DNA of 54,208 bases from a virus. The position numbers and the translations under genes are program-made. Where the stretch lies: the IMG/VR virus record IMGVR_UViG_3300029461_000002. One strand, 5' to 3'. Positions 32,321 to 41,715 of this stretch are shown here, piece after piece (the stretch's first letter is position 1; each line of letters starts with the position of its first letter). Under the pieces are notes generated by a model. It saw only the letters and a list, made by a program, of their open reading frames with translations, was not told the DNA's origin and searched no databases.

Positions 32321-32343
32321 CTAAATAAAAAAGGATCGGAAGA

Positions 32344-32820
32344 ATGGAGTTTTTTAAGATGATTTGCAGCATGAGGGAGCTACTGACTGTAGTCGTGTTT
32401 GAGATGTTCATCGTTATGGTGGCGATGGGCTGGGATTTCGCCTCGGGTTATTACAAGGCTAAATTGAGGGGCGAGGAGCGTAATTCGTATGGCATGCGTA
32501 GGACGGTCAGTAAGTTCATACTTTACGCTGGTAGCGTATGTATAGCGTGCGGGATAGACTCGGTTTGCTACGTGTGCCGGTTCTGGGAATTTATCCATCT
32601 GCCTTTCTTGACCAATGTCCCGGTCGTATCCTCGATAGTGACCGTATTTATCTTGATAACGGAGGTTAGGTCTATCTGGGAGAAGGCAGACGCTAAACAA
32701 AGGAGGCAGGCGATTAAGACAGCCGACATGATCGGTAAGGTTGTAACGCAAAAGGTTTTGGAGGACGCTTTGACAAACGCTTTATCCAATGCCATGAATA
32801 AAAATAAGAAAGGAGAGTAA
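32344..32820 (+). CDS. Holin-like membrane protein
   Basis: 158 aa with 3-4 hydrophobic helices and a charged C-terminus. ITEVRSIWEKAD resembles the holin family 4-type motif. Lies directly upstream of the lysin-like gene. Confidence 0.55.
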   Translation: MEFFKMICSMRELLTVVVFEMFIVMVAMGWDFASGYYKAKLRGEERNSYGMRRTVSKFILYAGSVCIACGIDSVCYVCRFWEFIHLPFLTNVPVVSSIVTVFILITEVRSIWEKADAKQRRQAIKTADMIGKVVTQKVLEDALTNALSNAMNKNKKGE

Positions 32821-32823
32821 AAT

Positions 32824-33234
32824 ATGGGGAAAGACAATTTGCCTCGTGGGTATAGAAACGCAAACCCGGGAAACATCCGGATCAACGGAGACTTGTTCCA
32901 AGGTGAGGTACGTCCGAGCAGGGACAAGTCGTTTAAGCAGTTCGAGACGATGGCGTATGGCTACCGTGCCATATTCCGGATCTTGCGTAACTACTATAAC
33001 AACTATAAGCTGGACACGATCCGCAAGATGATAGGAAGATGGGCGCCGGAAAACGAGAATGATACGGACGCTTACATTAAGGCCGTATCCGATTACGCCG
33101 GTATCCCGGCTGATGATCCTATCAACATCAACGATCGTGAACAGATGATCCGGATCGTGTGCGGGATGAGCAAGGTGGAGAATGGAAGAGAGGCTGAAAT
33201 GTCGGACGTTATAGCTGGATGGAATTTACTTTAA
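32824..33234 (+). CDS. Putative endolysin / P5-like peptidoglycan hydrolase
   Basis: The RNANPGNIRINGDLFQGE motif (RNNNPGNI-type) is seen in P5-like lytic enzymes (from memory). Position after the holin. Confidence 0.5.
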   Translation: MGKDNLPRGYRNANPGNIRINGDLFQGEVRPSRDKSFKQFETMAYGYRAIFRILRNYYNNYKLDTIRKMIGRWAPENENDTDAYIKAVSDYAGIPADDPININDREQMIRIVCGMSKVENGREAEMSDVIAGWNLL

Positions 33235-33275
33235 TAATATAAGACCTAACGCTGTAAAGGTAAGCGTAAAATAAG

Positions 33276-33674
33276 ATGAAAAAATATATTGGAACAAAAC
33301 AGATTGAAGCAGAACCTATGACAATGGGCGAAGCGTTTGAGAAAGGATTGCTTAAAGCGGGAAGAGTACATAACGAAAGCGAGAAGTTAAATGCTGGATA
33401 TCATGTGAAGTATCAAGACGGTTACGAGTCATGGAGTCTAGCAGGGCCATTCGAGAAGGCTTATAAGGTCTGTGAGACGTTTACGGATCGTCTCCAAATA
33501 GAATTGTCCGAATTATCCGATAAACAAGAAAAGCTAGGTAAGTTTTTTGGTACGGATATGTTCAAGGGATTGTCAACGCAAAAGCAAGTATTGCTACGTG
33601 CACAATTCGGAGCGATGGAAGCTTATAGGCAAATCCTTATTGAGCGCATCCGTATTGAGGGAATCGCAAAATGA
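33276..33674 (+). CDS. Hypothetical protein (lysis cassette)
   Basis: 132-aa ORF overlapping the next gene by 4 nt. Confidence 0.4.
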   Translation: MKKYIGTKQIEAEPMTMGEAFEKGLLKAGRVHNESEKLNAGYHVKYQDGYESWSLAGPFEKAYKVCETFTDRLQIELSELSDKQEKLGKFFGTDMFKGLSTQKQVLLRAQFGAMEAYRQILIERIRIEGIAK

Positions 33675-34138
33675 AACCGTGGCAAGCAATATTAATACTA
33701 GTGTGCTTGGTAGCCAGTTTCACGGCTGGCTACCATATCCGGGGGGATGTGACTGATAAAGTCGTGTCTAAATCCGATACCGTATTAATAACCGACACGA
33801 TCCATGACAGTATCCCGTATCCTGTTTATGAGACACTGGTACAAACAATACCTGAGCCGTTCCCTGTTTATATCACGTTGGACGGTGACACGGTAAAGGA
33901 ACCTGTATATGTTCCTTTACCGATAACTCAAAAGGAGTACAAGACGGATGATTACCGGCTGTCAATATCCGGCTATAAGCCTAATCTTGATTACATCGAG
34001 GTTTATAGAAGGACTGAGTATATAACCAAGACGATCACCCCCCGTAGATGGGGAATAGGTGTTATTGCCGGTTATGGGATCGGGAAACATGGACTATCAC
34101 CTTACGTTGGATTGGGTGGATTCTGCAGGATTTGGTGA
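33671..34138 (+). CDS. Membrane-anchored protein, spanin-like by position
   Basis: N-terminal TM WQAILILVCLVASFTAGY. Last gene before a strong terminator. Confidence 0.4.
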   Translation: MKPWQAILILVCLVASFTAGYHIRGDVTDKVVSKSDTVLITDTIHDSIPYPVYETLVQTIPEPFPVYITLDGDTVKEPVYVPLPITQKEYKTDDYRLSISGYKPNLDYIEVYRRTEYITKTITPRRWGIGVIAGYGIGKHGLSPYVGLGGFCRIW

Positions 34139-34347
34139 GGCCTCCATGACTCACGTCCGGGAAGCCCCTATTAACTAGTAATAATAATTCGTCATATGAA
34201 TAACAAGGGTTGACGTTTTTTTGTTCATGGTTAATTTAATATTAGTTTGATGGTGACTTCGTGAGAACGAACCGGAAAGGGAAGATGAAGAAAAAAGAAT
34301 CTTCCCTAAATAATCGGATCGGAAGTTTGATTATTTTTTCATGCCAC

Positions 34348-34395
34348 GCACGACGGGAAGATTCTTATAAGTCTTTCTGCCGTGCATTTTTTTTT
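34348..34395 (+). terminator. Strong rho-independent terminator ending the late/lysis operon
   Basis: 14-position stem (34348-34361 pairs with 34372-34385; 1 mismatch, 2 G-U pairs), a 10-nt loop, then a followed by T9 (34387-34395). Confidence 0.65.
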
Positions 34396-34436
34396 GCCCG
34401 GCTTGATAGTAAAACAAACCACGAAATAAAAAGTTT

Positions 34437-34733
34437 ATGAATAAGGTGGAAATTTTTTACAAAAAAGTGATAGAGGCAGTCTGCAAGGAGTGCGGGACCG
34501 ATCCGGTAATGATGTTTAGCAACAACAAGGAGAGGAACGTTGACGCTAGGGGAGTGGCTATAACCATACTGGCCGATCGCAAGTTGAGCGACAATATCAT
34601 ATCCGATCTGACTGGAATGACGAGGCAAGCCGTGAACCGGATGCGTAACTTGTACCCGGACAGGATAAGGAGGAGTTACTACCTGAGGAGGACGGTGGAG
34701 AGCGTCAAAGAGGAGCTATCCGGTACGGTCTGA
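34437..34733 (+). CDS. Small HTH protein (DnaA C-terminal-domain-like)
   Basis: 98 aa. SNNKERNVDARGVAITILADRKLSDNIISDLTGMTRQAVNRM resembles the DnaA domain-IV type HTH. Confidence 0.45.
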   Translation: MNKVEIFYKKVIEAVCKECGTDPVMMFSNNKERNVDARGVAITILADRKLSDNIISDLTGMTRQAVNRMRNLYPDRIRRSYYLRRTVESVKEELSGTV

Positions 34734-34886
34734 GGGTGCGTTATGTTGTAAGGCATGTGATTTGTCTATGAAAAAATTTTCATATAACAAAATTTTGTGC
34801 GACCTTTGCGGCGTAAAAGGTGATTTTGTAGCCTCGTCAAGTAACCAGCCTTGGCAGAGGCTTTGTTGTATACGAAAAGTTTCATT

Positions 34887-35786
34887 ATGGAAATATATAT
34901 GCCACATGCGGTAAATGATATTAGGATAGGAGAAGCCTTCAATCATCTATTCAGGATAATCCTGAAAATGGAGAATTCCGATGATGATGATTTCATATGG
35001 AACTTCCAATATACGGCATTTGTGACTCCATTTTTCTTATTGCCTCTTATGCTTTATAGAGATAAGTGCGGTAAGAATGTGGTTTGCAAGAATATATCGG
35101 ACAGTGTTAAAAGCTATCTGGACTCTATTCATTTTGAAGGAGGTGTAGTAGCTGACAGTGTTAGTGATTTTCATAATTATATGGAATATTTTTCTATGAA
35201 AAAATATATTCCTATAATAAAGTTCCCGGGATGTAAAAGCAAGGATAGCATAAAAAACGATATACTGTCTGTAGCAGAGAATATAATGATAAGGCAATTA
35301 AATATTGAAGGAGAGTTGAGAAAGGCTTTATCTTATATGCTGACTGAGACGATTGACAATATATCTGAACATTCAGAGAGTGAATTTGGTTATATATTTG
35401 CTCAGTATTATCCGTCAAAGAGTTATATAGACATTTGCATAGCGGATAATGGTATAAGTATACTGGGTAGTTATGTTAAGTCTGGCAAGGGAGGTATAAC
35501 TAACGATGTGGAGGCTTTAAAAAGCGCTGGAAAGGGTATATCGACTAAAAATTTACCAGATACCGAGAATCGTGGTTATGGTATAAGTACTTGCAAGAGA
35601 ATGTTGTCTAAGGGACTTGGAGGAACATATTTTTTGCTGTCAGGGCAAGCATTTCATCTTATGTCAGAGGAAGAGACATCATATATAGGACTTCCTGATT
35701 ATATAAAATGGGATGGAACTATAGTGGCATTAAGGATACCATATAAAGAGGAAAGGATGTTTAATTTTTATGAATATTTAGAATGA
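34887..35786 (+). CDS. GHKL-type ATPase / anti-sigma-factor-like serine kinase homologue
   Basis: N-box LTETIDNISEHSE, G1 box CIADNGISILG, G2-like NRGYGISTCKRML...GGTYFLLSG. The N-terminal roughly 150 aa are of unknown function. The track ORF starts at TTG 34851; I prefer ATG 34887. Confidence 0.6.
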   Translation: MEIYMPHAVNDIRIGEAFNHLFRIILKMENSDDDDFIWNFQYTAFVTPFFLLPLMLYRDKCGKNVVCKNISDSVKSYLDSIHFEGGVVADSVSDFHNYMEYFSMKKYIPIIKFPGCKSKDSIKNDILSVAENIMIRQLNIEGELRKALSYMLTETIDNISEHSESEFGYIFAQYYPSKSYIDICIADNGISILGSYVKSGKGGITNDVEALKSAGKGISTKNLPDTENRGYGISTCKRMLSKGLGGTYFLLSGQAFHLMSEEETSYIGLPDYIKWDGTIVALRIPYKEERMFNFYEYLE

Positions 35787-36142
35787 AGATCATGGAAAAG
35801 ACAATTGTGATATCAGAATTGATAAGGGGAGAGCTTCGTTCTAGGACAGAAGCTAAAAAAATCTATATGAGGGCTAAGGATTTGAATAGCCCATGTGTAC
35901 GTATAGATTTTAAGGATGTATACTTTATGTCTCGATCATTTGCGGATGAGTTATGCAATACAATAGAGGCTTTGGCCTTGGATAAAGTGAGGGTCTCTAT
36001 GGAGAATGAGAACGACTCTATAGATCTGATGATGAAAATAGTAAAAGGTAATAGAAATAAACCGAGGAATATGCATGAGGACAGTGAGGTTAAAGAATTT
36101 TCGGACATGGATTCATTGTCAGAGTTCCTGTCTACCATATAA
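35783..36142 (+). CDS. STAS-like (DUF4325-type) small protein, partner of the GHKL ATPase
   Basis: 119 aa with a 4-nt overlap with the ATPase gene. VRIDFKDVYFMSRSFADELCN resembles the STAS-like DUF4325 pattern (from memory). Confidence 0.45.
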   Translation: MKIMEKTIVISELIRGELRSRTEAKKIYMRAKDLNSPCVRIDFKDVYFMSRSFADELCNTIEALALDKVRVSMENENDSIDLMMKIVKGNRNKPRNMHEDSEVKEFSDMDSLSEFLSTI

Positions 36143-36173
36143 AATTATTTCATGCTATATAAAAGAGAATGAT

Positions 36174-36335
36174 ATGAAAAATCCAAAAATAGCTAAGGAG
36201 TATAATGAATTCCTAGAAAGGAATAGTTTTGATAAATACTCAGATAGAAAAAAATATATATCTAGTCCAACCACGCTACAATGCATGTATTGGAAACAGG
36301 TGGAACCGGTAGAAATAAAAAGTAACCAACCATAA
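36174..36335 (+). CDS. Hypothetical small protein
   Basis: MKNPKIAKEYNEFLERNSFDKYSDRKKYISSPTTLQCMYWKQVEPVEIKSNQP is the internal-ATG version of track ORF 36075..36335. Confidence 0.3.
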   Translation: MKNPKIAKEYNEFLERNSFDKYSDRKKYISSPTTLQCMYWKQVEPVEIKSNQP

Positions 36336-36388
36336 AAATTAAGCGTTGTATATGCCTTTGGTTTGAAAGGTTTAAACAACAACAATAA

Positions 36389-36421
36389 GCGTCGTCAACA
36401 CAAATTGGCGGCGCTTTTTTT
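36389..36421 (+). terminator. Rho-independent terminator closing the AT-rich accessory unit
   Basis: Stem gcgtcgtc/ggcggcgc (8 bp including 2 G-U), a 10-nt loop, then T7 (36415-36421). Confidence 0.6.
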
Positions 36422-36556
36422 GTCTTATCCCCTTCCGCAAAGAACTAGCAACAACCTCGCAACAAGCTAGCAAGGAGATATTTATTTAGCAAGGCACTTC
36501 TCTGGATTTTTGTGGTGTCCGGGATAACCCGGATATGACCATAAAAAACTTCACAT

Positions 36557-37279
36557 ATGGAAGCAGAGAAAATCATTAAAGAGAAAGAGATCGTCCATGA
36601 GGATGAGCACAGGGATTACGCGAGCAAGGGCGTGGGTAACGCCGGCTTGACATTGGGTATCATTGGTACGGCTCTTGGAGCTTGGGCGGTGTCACGTAAC
36701 CGTGGCGGCTTGTTCGGCGGTGGCTGGGGAGCCGGTATGCCAGAGAACGTTAACATCAACACGACCACAGGAGGCGGTGGTGGTTCCGGGGTAGGCGCTC
36801 CGACTGCGTTCATGGCTTGGGAAAAGGGCTGTGAGGAGGCGTTATCGCTTACAAACGCAATGTGGGGATTGAAAGTCTCAGGTATGCAAGCCGATTACGA
36901 TCACCGCCAGACGGATATCGCCGAGAAATTCGCCTTGTGGAAGTCACAGGTAGACGCTGATTTCGGATTGTACAAGTCACAGGTAGACGCTGATTTTGGT
37001 CTATACAAGAACCAAAGAGACCAGTTCGATGTATTGAAGGCTCAGATCGATGAATTGAGGTGTCAGGTAGCTGTAGGTTCGGCTATTCGTCCTTACCAAG
37101 ACAAGTTGCTTCAATGCGAGATCGAGAAGGCGTTCACGGCTAGTGTCAATTACACCGATCGTAGAACCAGCCGTATGATCACGGGAGAATTGGTATTGCC
37201 AAATACCCCTACGGTAACAGGCTATCCTAGCTACAATCCGTGCTCATGCCCGGCATCCGCTCCGGCACCTACGGCTTAA
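36557..37279 (+). CDS. Gly-rich membrane-associated protein with internal 11-aa duplication
   Basis: 240 aa. TM-like GNAGLTLGIIGTALGAWAV, a poly-Gly tract, and the duplicated KSQVDADFGLY. Confidence 0.5.
   Translation: MEAEKIIKEKEIVHEDEHRDYASKGVGNAGLTLGIIGTALGAWAVSRNRGGLFGGGWGAGMPENVNINTTTGGGGGSGVGAPTAFMAWEKGCEEALSLTNAMWGLKVSGMQADYDHRQTDIAEKFALWKSQVDADFGLYKSQVDADFGLYKNQRDQFDVLKAQIDELRCQVAVGSAIRPYQDKLLQCEIEKAFTASVNYTDRRTSRMITGELVLPNTPTVTGYPSYNPCSCPASAPAPTA
36941..37006 (+). repeat. 33-bp tandem duplication (2 copies)
   Basis: aagtcacaggtagacgctgatttcggattgtac is followed by aagtcacaggtagacgctgattttggtctatac. Confidence 0.9.
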
Positions 37280-37352
37280 GGTAAAGTTAGTGGCTTGTGC
37301 TCCCTAGGGGGCGCTTGCCGCTTTCCTTTTTTTAACCACTAACAGTATTATC

Positions 37353-37868
37353 ATGCAGACAAATGTTTTTTTAGGGGGGAGTGACCCTGTATTAGGTAGC
37401 AACCCTTATAATCCGAATATAAGCGAGATAGAAGCAAACATTCAGCGTCTCCAGCAAGCGCAGCAACAGATGGAGATTCAGAAGCAACGTATGCTTAACC
37501 CTTCTGCGCAACAGGCCCAAAGCCGTAATCCGGTGTGGGACGAGATAGATAAGCTCGTTAGCGAGATGTCGGATAGCGAGTTCGAAATGGTCAATAACAA
37601 TCCGGAGTATCAACAGTCCTACCAGAAGGTAATGGCTATCCTTAACCGTGAATACATGCGCGTCATGCGTCCGTTGGTGGAGGAGAGCAAGGATGGCAAG
37701 GCCGCCTTGGAGGAATTGTTGGGAATGGCCAAGAAGATAAAGAAATCGGCCTCAGAGAATGTTAACAAGAACATGGCGTTGTTCGCTGAGTACACGGCCA
37801 AATACGCCGATATGCCATACGCCGACTTCCTTAAATTGAAGAATAGCGGAAAAGGAGATAAAAAATGA
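37353..37868 (+). CDS. Hypothetical protein
   Basis: 171-aa ORF, Gln-rich N-terminus. Confidence 0.45.
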   Translation: MQTNVFLGGSDPVLGSNPYNPNISEIEANIQRLQQAQQQMEIQKQRMLNPSAQQAQSRNPVWDEIDKLVSEMSDSEFEMVNNNPEYQQSYQKVMAILNREYMRVMRPLVEESKDGKAALEELLGMAKKIKKSASENVNKNMALFAEYTAKYADMPYADFLKLKNSGKGDKK

Positions 37869-37973
37869 CACGTGAGGAAGGTATGCTTATCGAATTGATC
37901 GATAAGGTCAAGAGACAAGGGTATGCTATCAATACCTTGAGAGAGGAAGTGGAACAATTAAAGAAAGAGTCAT

Positions 37974-38417
37974 ATGGAACTAAAGCAACAAGCTCTAGAG
38001 CTAAAAAGCAGGCTAATTAACTCGGTGGAGATATGGGCGGAGGAAAGGGTTGACTCTTTCGTCTCCGGTAACACGGCTTTCAAGCCCCTTGGCAAGTATC
38101 TGAAAAGAGGTGTCCACAACATCCTCGTGCAAAAGGACAAGGAGATCACCGAGAAGGTGGAGGGTTTCATGATGTTCGTAGCAGATGAGAATGGCAATTA
38201 TGACAAGGAAGAGCTATTCGATGACGCTATGAACGTATTCAAGAGCATGAAGCCGTATAAGTTCGAGCAAGGATTCTTGAAGGGTACGATCGGTGAAGGC
38301 TCCATCTTGATAGAGCTTCCAGATAACGGACTCATGAATTTTATCCTTGGTGACACTAACGCTATCCGTATAACGGAAGCGGATTTTTTGGAGTTGAAAT
38401 CAATATTTACCGAATAA
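37974..38417 (+). CDS. Hypothetical protein
   Basis: 147-aa ORF. Confidence 0.45.
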   Translation: MELKQQALELKSRLINSVEIWAEERVDSFVSGNTAFKPLGKYLKRGVHNILVQKDKEITEKVEGFMMFVADENGNYDKEELFDDAMNVFKSMKPYKFEQGFLKGTIGEGSILIELPDNGLMNFILGDTNAIRITEADFLELKSIFTE

Positions 38418-38428
38418 TAATATGAGAT

Positions 38429-38920
38429 ATGAGATACAAGGAACAGATAAGGGAGTACCAAGCCAAGGGACTAGGCTCCGAGAAGAAGATGTGGGCCTCC
38501 ATAGACGTGATGGAGGAGGCTATGGAAAAGTTAAGGGAGAAAGACCCGGAAGCGTATGACGAGGCTATGCGTGATTTACATGAGGTGTTTTGTGGGCCTC
38601 ATTATAATGAGTGCTTTGGCAAGATGGACGTGGCGGCAATGCGTCATAAAGGCAAGGCGGGAGAACATAAAGGTGAGCACTGGAATATGGAGCAGGTGGC
38701 TACCGCTATAAAAGGTATGAGCATCCCGGGAAATACCAACATATGGGACGTGTACGTTGCTCTTAACGCAAACTGGCACGACAAGGAAGTAAAGTTTACG
38801 GAATGGTTCGGTCCAGATGCTGAGAAAAAGATCATCGAGGATGCTGTCAATTTCTACTTCATGGATGATGACGCTCCTGAAGGCAAGGTCTGGATTTACA
38901 TGTGCGCTATGGATGATTAG
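38429..38920 (+). CDS. Hypothetical protein
   Basis: 163-aa ORF, last plus-strand gene before the convergent minus-strand block. Confidence 0.45.
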   Translation: MRYKEQIREYQAKGLGSEKKMWASIDVMEEAMEKLREKDPEAYDEAMRDLHEVFCGPHYNECFGKMDVAAMRHKGKAGEHKGEHWNMEQVATAIKGMSIPGNTNIWDVYVALNANWHDKEVKFTEWFGPDAEKKIIEDAVNFYFMDDDAPEGKVWIYMCAMDD

Positions 38921-39030
38921 GACACGATCACATAACAAGAAAAGAAACGATTCTGTAAGACGGGAGATAGACCGCCTTATAGAATCGTTGTCGTTTGAGC
39001 CTATAAACTTTCATGAGGTTATGGCCCGGA

Positions 39031-39504
39031 TTAGGCACTTGATGTGCCTGTTATGATATCTCTGAAATTAGGCAACTGCAAATAGAACGAGAATCGGCTT
39101 AACGGTCTCCATCGTTCAAGCAATGATTGGTTGCACTCATTCCATCCATCTTTCCCGAAGCGGATATCCAAGGCATTAGTTATCTTACGCACGATAGACT
39201 GGATGTATGGTACATTTGCCCTGTTCCCAATGGAAGGGGTATAAATACATATTTTGTATATTCCTCCATTATTACAATCCCAGTTTCCCCTGTAAAAAGT
39301 GATATGGGCTTTGTCTAGTATCGCCTCGTCTGACAAGCTTATAAATCCGTTGTAACATCCGACGTACCTAGCTTCGAATACTTTTAATCCAGTGGACGAG
39401 CGAAGAAGCTTTTTTAATTCTCGCTCGTCCCGGACAATTTGGCTTATTCCCATGAATATATCATTTAATCTATGTCGGCCTTTTATTTTTTTTGATTGAC
39501 TCAT
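39031..39504 (-). CDS. Hypothetical protein
   Basis: 157-aa ORF, last gene of the minus-strand block. Confidence 0.45.
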   Translation of the reverse strand: MSQSKKIKGRHRLNDIFMGISQIVRDERELKKLLRSSTGLKVFEARYVGCYNGFISLSDEAILDKAHITFYRGNWDCNNGGIYKICIYTPSIGNRANVPYIQSIVRKITNALDIRFGKDGWNECNQSLLERWRPLSRFSFYLQLPNFRDIITGTSSA

Positions 39505-39697
39505 TAAGTATCTTGATCGCCAATAGCGGATCTTTATCCGTTAAAGTGTTCCATACTTTTATTTCGGGTTTCACCCTAGAATAATGATGTAGTACTATAT
39601 TGTTGGCTTTGTCGACTCTTCCGGTTCCATATATCCATAACATCCCGGGATATAACTGGAAGTTTTTCATTATCTTCTTGGCTTGTCTTAATCTCAT
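39470..39697 (-). CDS. Hypothetical protein
   Basis: 75-aa ORF. Confidence 0.35.
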   Translation of the reverse strand: MRLRQAKKIMKNFQLYPGMLWIYGTGRVDKANNIVLHHYSRVKPEIKVWNTLTDKDPLLAIKILNESIKKNKRPT

Positions 39698-39713
39698 GAT
39701 TTCAATTTATTTA

Positions 39714-39935
39714 TTATTTAATGATTATATAGTCCCCGCAATCTTCAATATACTTTATTCCGGCACTATCAAGAGTATTCTCTATGTCCACTTGGCACAG
39801 GCAAGATTCCGGTATGATATTGTCATACCCTTCCGCTGGGATCATTTTCGTGATTTTCGGGAAATGATCCTCTAGTTGTTTAGGGGATTGTATTTCTACA
39901 TCCCCGTCGTAAATAAGTACGCACATAACTGTCAT
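39714..39935 (-). CDS. Hypothetical protein
   Basis: 73-aa ORF with a 4-nt overlap with the upstream gene. Confidence 0.4.
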   Translation of the reverse strand: MTVMCVLIYDGDVEIQSPKQLEDHFPKITKMIPAEGYDNIIPESCLCQVDIENTLDSAGIKYIEDCGDYIIIK

Positions 39936-40180
39936 CCAAATATGTAATATTTTCCGGCCTCATAAACCATTTTTGTAGAAGGATCATCCAGATCGCCATC
40001 CTCCAAATCACTTTTTGGAATACACTCATCCCATAAGATGTTATAGAACATATCTTCTGAATTTTTTTCTAATGCGCATTGCTTGCGTAAACAAAAATCA
40101 TCTCCCCAAATGGCGACATCTTGCTGTTGCTCTTCCTGTGTCATACTGGAGATCTTATCACTTAATTCTTTCCAAGTCAT
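39932..40180 (-). CDS. Hypothetical acidic protein
   Basis: 82-aa ORF, rich in D/E. Confidence 0.4.
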   Translation of the reverse strand: MTWKELSDKISSMTQEEQQQDVAIWGDDFCLRKQCALEKNSEDMFYNILWDECIPKSDLEDGDLDDPSTKMVYEAGKYYIFG

Positions 40181-40185
40181 ATCTT

Positions 40186-40545
40186 TTAAATTATGGGCCT
40201 TCCCATGAAGGCTCGGTTAATACTATTCCTCAGATCGAGTATAGGCATCCAATGGGTAACACAAATTTTATCACCATTAGTATCATACCATTCATTACAT
40301 TCTCTGCAATACCAACCCTGTTGTAAGTATTTAAAATAATCAGTACACCAGCAGCCAGTTATTACCAGATCTTCATCATCAGGTAACTTATCTTTTGTGC
40401 TTATCCACGGGAATTGCTTTGCCTGCCATTCGGCACCTGCAATAAATCCCTGATAATACGCAGGGAATGCACTACCGCTACTCCTGCTTTCAGCGAATAA
40501 ATGAGCCGCTTCTTCTACAGTCTGCCCCGTATCAATCTTGCTCAT
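40186..40545 (-). CDS. DUF551-like protein
   Basis: WISTKDKLPDDEDLVITG...ICVTHWMPI resembles the phage DUF551 pattern (from memory). Confidence 0.45.
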   Translation of the reverse strand: MSKIDTGQTVEEAAHLFAESRSSGSAFPAYYQGFIAGAEWQAKQFPWISTKDKLPDDEDLVITGCWCTDYFKYLQQGWYCRECNEWYDTNGDKICVTHWMPILDLRNSINRAFMGRPII

Positions 40546-40834
40546 TGTCTTTTCCTCTTTTTATAACTTCAATATCTTCAATCTGTATATACGCTATAAC
40601 ATAGCAATATTCATCATTTTCATTATCTTCCACCAAAAGATTAAATCGATTCCCCGACAAATCATATATCGGCATAAATACATCTTCGATATATGCTTCA
40701 ATATACTTGCCTTTGTTGTTTACCCGAACGAAATCCCCCTTTTTGAATGGTAGAGAATTTACGTATTCAAGTTTTAGTTTCTCAATCTGATTATTCAGAT
40801 CTTGAAATCGTTGTTGGTATTCTTGTTTTGTCAT
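40532..40834 (-). CDS. Hypothetical protein
   Basis: 100-aa ORF. Confidence 0.4.
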   Translation of the reverse strand: MTKQEYQQRFQDLNNQIEKLKLEYVNSLPFKKGDFVRVNNKGKYIEAYIEDVFMPIYDLSGNRFNLLVEDNENDEYCYVIAYIQIEDIEVIKRGKDNEQD

Positions 40835-40880
40835 AACTTATATATATTTTCCATGTCAATATCTCTTTCCATTGAAATAC

Positions 40881-41279
40881 TTATTGTTTAAATTCCCAAA
40901 AAGAAAGCTTACCTTTCACGCCTGTTATCGGCTTGTCAAACATTACAGGGTTTGCAAGTACCCAATTCCAAACATCCTTTTCAGCCCATGGCGATGGGGG
41001 GTTCTGGACACAATCCACAATCTCAACGCTACCAATGATTGCGCTAAAAGTATAATTGCTCCAATCTGTACCACTTTTTGAAATTTCTCTAAGAAACTCA
41101 TCTACCTTATTACATATGGTCATAGATGCAGACCAATGATTATCAGCTTTCATTCCAGCGTGTATTAGGACACGCCCTCGGTAGCTTGTTTTCCAATTCC
41201 TATTTTCTATGTCTTTCAGTCCATAAACGATAAGGCTTGCCCAAGGCTGTTTAATAGTTATTGCTTTCATTTTTTTCAC
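40881..41279 (-). CDS. ASCH domain protein
   Basis: MKAITIKQPWASLIVYGLKDIENRNWKTSYRGRVLIHAG is the typical ASCH N-terminal pattern. Confidence 0.6.
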   Translation of the reverse strand: MKKMKAITIKQPWASLIVYGLKDIENRNWKTSYRGRVLIHAGMKADNHWSASMTICNKVDEFLREISKSGTDWSNYTFSAIIGSVEIVDCVQNPPSPWAEKDVWNWVLANPVMFDKPITGVKGKLSFWEFKQ

Positions 41280-41715
41280 CTCCTTTCAGCAGTTCGGGAT
41301 TGTCATAAACATTACCTATTACTTTAATTTCTCTTTTATAATCAGTCCACCAGCAAGGACTAACTTGATGCCAATAACGAGTTTTAAGATCACAGTCCAA
41401 ATCTGTAAGATTAGCCAAGCAATAACTCGCCCATTCATCTATGTACCTAATCAATTTAGGATATTTGCCATTCACGTTGATAATGTCCCCCTCGTAAATC
41501 TCCTTTCCGCTCTTGTCTTTTAGGCCTGTGTACTGGCCTACGGTAGTTTCATCAACATAAGGTGTTTTATCATAGTTTTCATTAAAATGATAACCGTCAT
41601 CAATGAATTGTCCATGAACACCAATAGCTGTTTCTCCATCATTCCATTGCAATAAATCTCCATACACCCACTCTTTAGTATTAAGATTCTTCCCTCTGAA
41701 TTTAATCTCACGCAT
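41251..41715 (-). CDS. YopX-family protein
   Basis: MREIKFRGKNLNTKEWVYGDL at the N-terminus and VIGNVYDNPELLK at the C-terminus are typical of YopX. Confidence 0.6.
   Translation of the reverse strand: MREIKFRGKNLNTKEWVYGDLLQWNDGETAIGVHGQFIDDGYHFNENYDKTPYVDETTVGQYTGLKDKSGKEIYEGDIINVNGKYPKLIRYIDEWASYCLANLTDLDCDLKTRYWHQVSPCWWTDYKREIKVIGNVYDNPELLKGGEKNESNNY

Noticed and set aside
34365-34628. Minus-strand 87-aa ORF.
   Set aside because: It overlaps the plus-strand terminator and the plus-strand HTH gene, and has no coupling to neighbouring minus-strand genes.
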